A stretch of 64,000 nt of DNA from Terracidiphilus sp. (GTDB lineage Bacteria; Acidobacteriota; Terriglobia; Terriglobales; Acidobacteriaceae), in NCBI GenBank assembly GCA_049509995.1, contig JBEKZJ010000030.1, positions 12,088 to 76,087 of the forward strand, in the 5' to 3' direction. Shown piece by piece: positions 61,637 through 64,000 of the stretch (within the stretch, counting starts at the first letter, position 1; every line of letters starts with the position of its first letter). The position numbers were made by a program, and so were the translations under genes. Under the pieces are notes generated by a model. That model saw nothing but the letters and a program-made list of their open reading frames with translations, made no database searches and was not told where the DNA came from.

Positions 61637-64000
61637 ATGATGGAATTCCACATTTCGGGGAATGCGCGTGAACGGTACCAGTTCGCGGGGTCTCTTTTTT
61701 CGTATACGGGGAACGTCGTTTTCGCCAATATCGCCGCGTGCCGCGAGTTCGCGTACCGCATCAACCAGGTTCGCGAGGTGCAAGAGCATCCCGAGCGGGC
61801 GATTCATGCCGGGGCGCTTTACGCCATGGGCGTGATCGACGAGGCCAGCCACATACTGATAGAGTGCTTCCGCGAGCAGTTCGACGCCAAGGTGATGACC
61901 GACGCCCTCGCCTGGTTTTCCTCGTCGGTGGGCGCCGAGGCTCTGGACACGATGCTGCTCACTTTCGTGGAGCAGTTTCCGGGAACCAGTGTGATTCGCG
62001 GGCTGGAGACGCCCCGGCAATGGCTGGCCGGCGAAACCGACGGCACCTCCCACCGGGCCGCGGCGCTCGAGGAGCTGATGCTGCTGTGGACCGCCAACCG
62101 CAACGAAGCCTTCCAGCCGTTCGATGAGCTGTTCGAGGATAAGACCCTGGCCGAAAAGACCGTTTACCATCAGGTCACCGAACAGTTGCCCGGCTACTTT
62201 GCTACCCGGCCGCTGGTGCCGATGGAGGGCTCCGGGCCTGTCACCCTGCTGGAACTGCTGCGCGCCCCGGCCTTGCGCTCTCCGCGCTCGCTCAGCGAGC
62301 AGCTCGCCCTCATTCTCCGGCTGTGGAAGCCGCTGCTCGGCGACAGGCTGGAGCGTTTCCTGCGCATGGCCGGTGAGATTCTCAACGAAGAAGAGCTGGC
62401 CATCTGGATGCAGTTCCATCCTCCCGTCGCGGCGCAAGGGCCTTCCGTCGTCAGCCATTCCGAGGTGCCGGTCTTCGGCGATCCGGCCCGCGAGTACGAG
62501 AGGTTCAGCCAGGACACGGCCTGGATGCCCAGCGCCGTGCTGATCGCCAAGAGCACTTACGTTTGGATGGCGCAGCTGAGCAAGCAGCACGGCCGCAGAA
62601 TCTCCCGCCTGGATGAGATCCCCGATGAAGAACTTGCAACGCTGGCGCGGCGCGGGCTCAATTCGCTGTGGCTGATCGGCATCTGGGAGCGGAGCCGCGC
62701 GTCGAGGACCATCAAGCAGCTCTGCGGCAACTCGGACGCCGTGGCTTCAGCCTACTCGCTGTTCAGCTATTCGATCGCCGAGGATCTGGGCGGCGAGGCA
62801 GCCTACATCAACCTGCGCGACCGCGCCTATCGGCATGGCGTCAGATTGGCCAGCGACATGGTGCCGAACCACATGGGCATCGACTCTCCCTGGGTCGTCG
62901 AGCATCCCGATTGGTTCATCTCCCGGCAGGATTCGCCCTATCCGGCCTATAGCTTCAACGGCCCCGATGTCTCCCATGATGGGCGCGTGGAACTCAAGAT
63001 CGAAGACCACTACTTTACTCAGAGTGACGCAGCGGTGGTCTTTCGCCGCCGCGACCGGGCCAGCGGCGAGACGCGCTACATCTATCACGGCAACGATGGC
63101 ACCAGCTTTCCCTGGAACGACACGGCGCAGCTCGACTACCTGAATCCGGCGGTGCGGGAACAGGTGATCCAGACCATCCTGCATGTGGCGCGGCTGTTTC
63201 CGGTCATCCGCTTCGATGCCGCGATGACCCTGGCCAAGCGGCACTTCCACCGGCTCTGGTTTCCCGGTCCTGGAACCAGCGGCGCCATCCCCTCCCGCGC
63301 CGAGTATGGCATGAGCCAGGCTGAATTCGACCGGTGCATGCCGCACGAATTCTGGCGGGAGGTCGTCGACCGCGTGGCCGTCGAAGTGCCCGGCACCTTG
63401 CTGCTGGCTGAGGCCTTCTGGCTGATGGAGGGCTACTTCGTCCGCACCCTGGGCATGCACCGCGTCTACAACAGCGCCTTCATGAACATGATGCGCGACG
63501 AGGAAAACGCCAAGTATCGCTCGGTCATCAAGAATACCCTGGAATTCGACCCCGACATCATGAAGCGCTACGTCAACTTCATGAGCAATCCGGACGAGCG
63601 CACCGCCATCGACCAGTTCGGCACGGGCGACAAGTGCTTCGGCGTGGCCGCGCTGATGGCTACGCTGCCCGGCCTGCCCATGTTCGGGCACGGCCAGATT
63701 GAGGGATTCACCGAGAAATACGGGATGGAGTACCAGCGGCCCCGCTACGATGAGACTCCCGACCACTGGCTGGTGGAACGCCACGAACGGGAGATCGCTC
63801 CGCTGTTGCGCCGCCGCTGGCTCTTCGCCGAAAGCAGCAATTTCCTGCTCTACGACTTCTTTCGGGACTCGGGTACGGTGGATGAGAACGTATTTGCCTA
63901 CTCCAACCGCAACGGCGGCGAACGCGCCCTGGTGGTCTACAACAACCGCTACGCCACCGCGCACGGCACCATCGATTTCTCGGCGGCATACGCCGACAAG
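61637..64000 (+). CDS. Alpha-amylase-family (GH13-like) glycoside hydrolase, 3' end beyond the window
   Basis: Translated by hand: the frame is open from the TGA at 61535 to the window end. MMEFHISGNARERYQF at the start; the four GH13 regions are DMVPNHMG, IRFDAAMTLAKRH, LLAEAFW and FMSNPDE. Absent from the ORF track because it has no stop in the window. ATG 61589 is an alternative start. Confidence 0.8.
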   Translation, partial: MMEFHISGNARERYQFAGSLFSYTGNVVFANIAACREFAYRINQVREVQEHPERAIHAGALYAMGVIDEASHILIECFREQFDAKVMTDALAWFSSSVGAEALDTMLLTFVEQFPGTSVIRGLETPRQWLAGETDGTSHRAAALEELMLLWTANRNEAFQPFDELFEDKTLAEKTVYHQVTEQLPGYFATRPLVPMEGSGPVTLLELLRAPALRSPRSLSEQLALILRLWKPLLGDRLERFLRMAGEILNEEELAIWMQFHPPVAAQGPSVVSHSEVPVFGDPAREYERFSQDTAWMPSAVLIAKSTYVWMAQLSKQHGRRISRLDEIPDEELATLARRGLNSLWLIGIWERSRASRTIKQLCGNSDAVASAYSLFSYSIAEDLGGEAAYINLRDRAYRHGVRLASDMVPNHMGIDSPWVVEHPDWFISRQDSPYPAYSFNGPDVSHDGRVELKIEDHYFTQSDAAVVFRRRDRASGETRYIYHGNDGTSFPWNDTAQLDYLNPAVREQVIQTILHVARLFPVIRFDAAMTLAKRHFHRLWFPGPGTSGAIPSRAEYGMSQAEFDRCMPHEFWREVVDRVAVEVPGTLLLAEAFWLMEGYFVRTLGMHRVYNSAFMNMMRDEENAKYRSVIKNTLEFDPDIMKRYVNFMSNPDERTAIDQFGTGDKCFGVAALMATLPGLPMFGHGQIEGFTEKYGMEYQRPRYDETPDHWLVERHEREIAPLLRRRWLFAESSNFLLYDFFRDSGTVDENVFAYSNRNGGERALVVYNNRYATAHGTIDFSAAYADK

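Noticed and set aside
61334-63964. Two minus-strand ORFs (61334..62590 and 62747..63964)
   Set aside because: They are antisense to the hand-translated alpha-amylase-family gene, which carries all GH13 motifs. The products are Gly/Arg/His/Val-rich with no recognisable domains.

Overview
High-G+C bacterial chromosomal segment. The gene content (CarboxypepD_reg-type TonB receptors, many TolC/HlyD/ABC-2 efflux sets, a large hopanoid cluster) and the intergenic repeat families look Acidobacteriota-like; that placement is inference only. I found no rRNA, tRNA, CRISPR array, transposase or integrase.

Layout, left to right:
- korAB (5' end truncated by the window).
- A minus-strand tolQ-tolR-tolA-like-tolB-pal-cpoB cluster.
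- recN and an L,D-transpeptidase.
- A roughly 15-kb hopanoid block: ispH-shc-hpnH-orf-hpnA-hpnG-adh-adh-hpnC-hpnD-hpnE. Facing it are hpnJ and two half-size EamA genes.
- A HlyD-TPR-TolC operon, queF and an MFS transporter.
- An AT-richer islet carrying vapBC and a frame-disrupted unknown gene.
- ispG and an ABC-2 exporter.
- A NuoE / NuoF::GltD / HoxU-type flavo-FeS trio with no catalytic partner gene.
- A TonB receptor, LacI, GH2 and APC permease sugar locus in which both promoters carry the same operator.
- A tetR-tolC-hlyD-ABC-ABC-permease-permease efflux operon.
- An alpha-amylase-family gene that runs off the 3' end and is therefore missing from the ORF track.

Most interesting:
1. Two Zn-dependent MDR dehydrogenases embedded between hpnG and hpnC. 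They are candidates for the unassigned ribosylhopane-to-BHT reduction.
2. The orphan NuoE-NuoF::GltD-HoxU module, a possible Bfu/Stn-like transhydrogenase with an unusual fusion topology.
3. A coupled pair of half-size EamA proteins behind hpnJ.
4. Several structured intergenic repeat families, one of which has entered the hpnG coding frame.

All functional calls rest on motif recognition by eye. No database search was possible.
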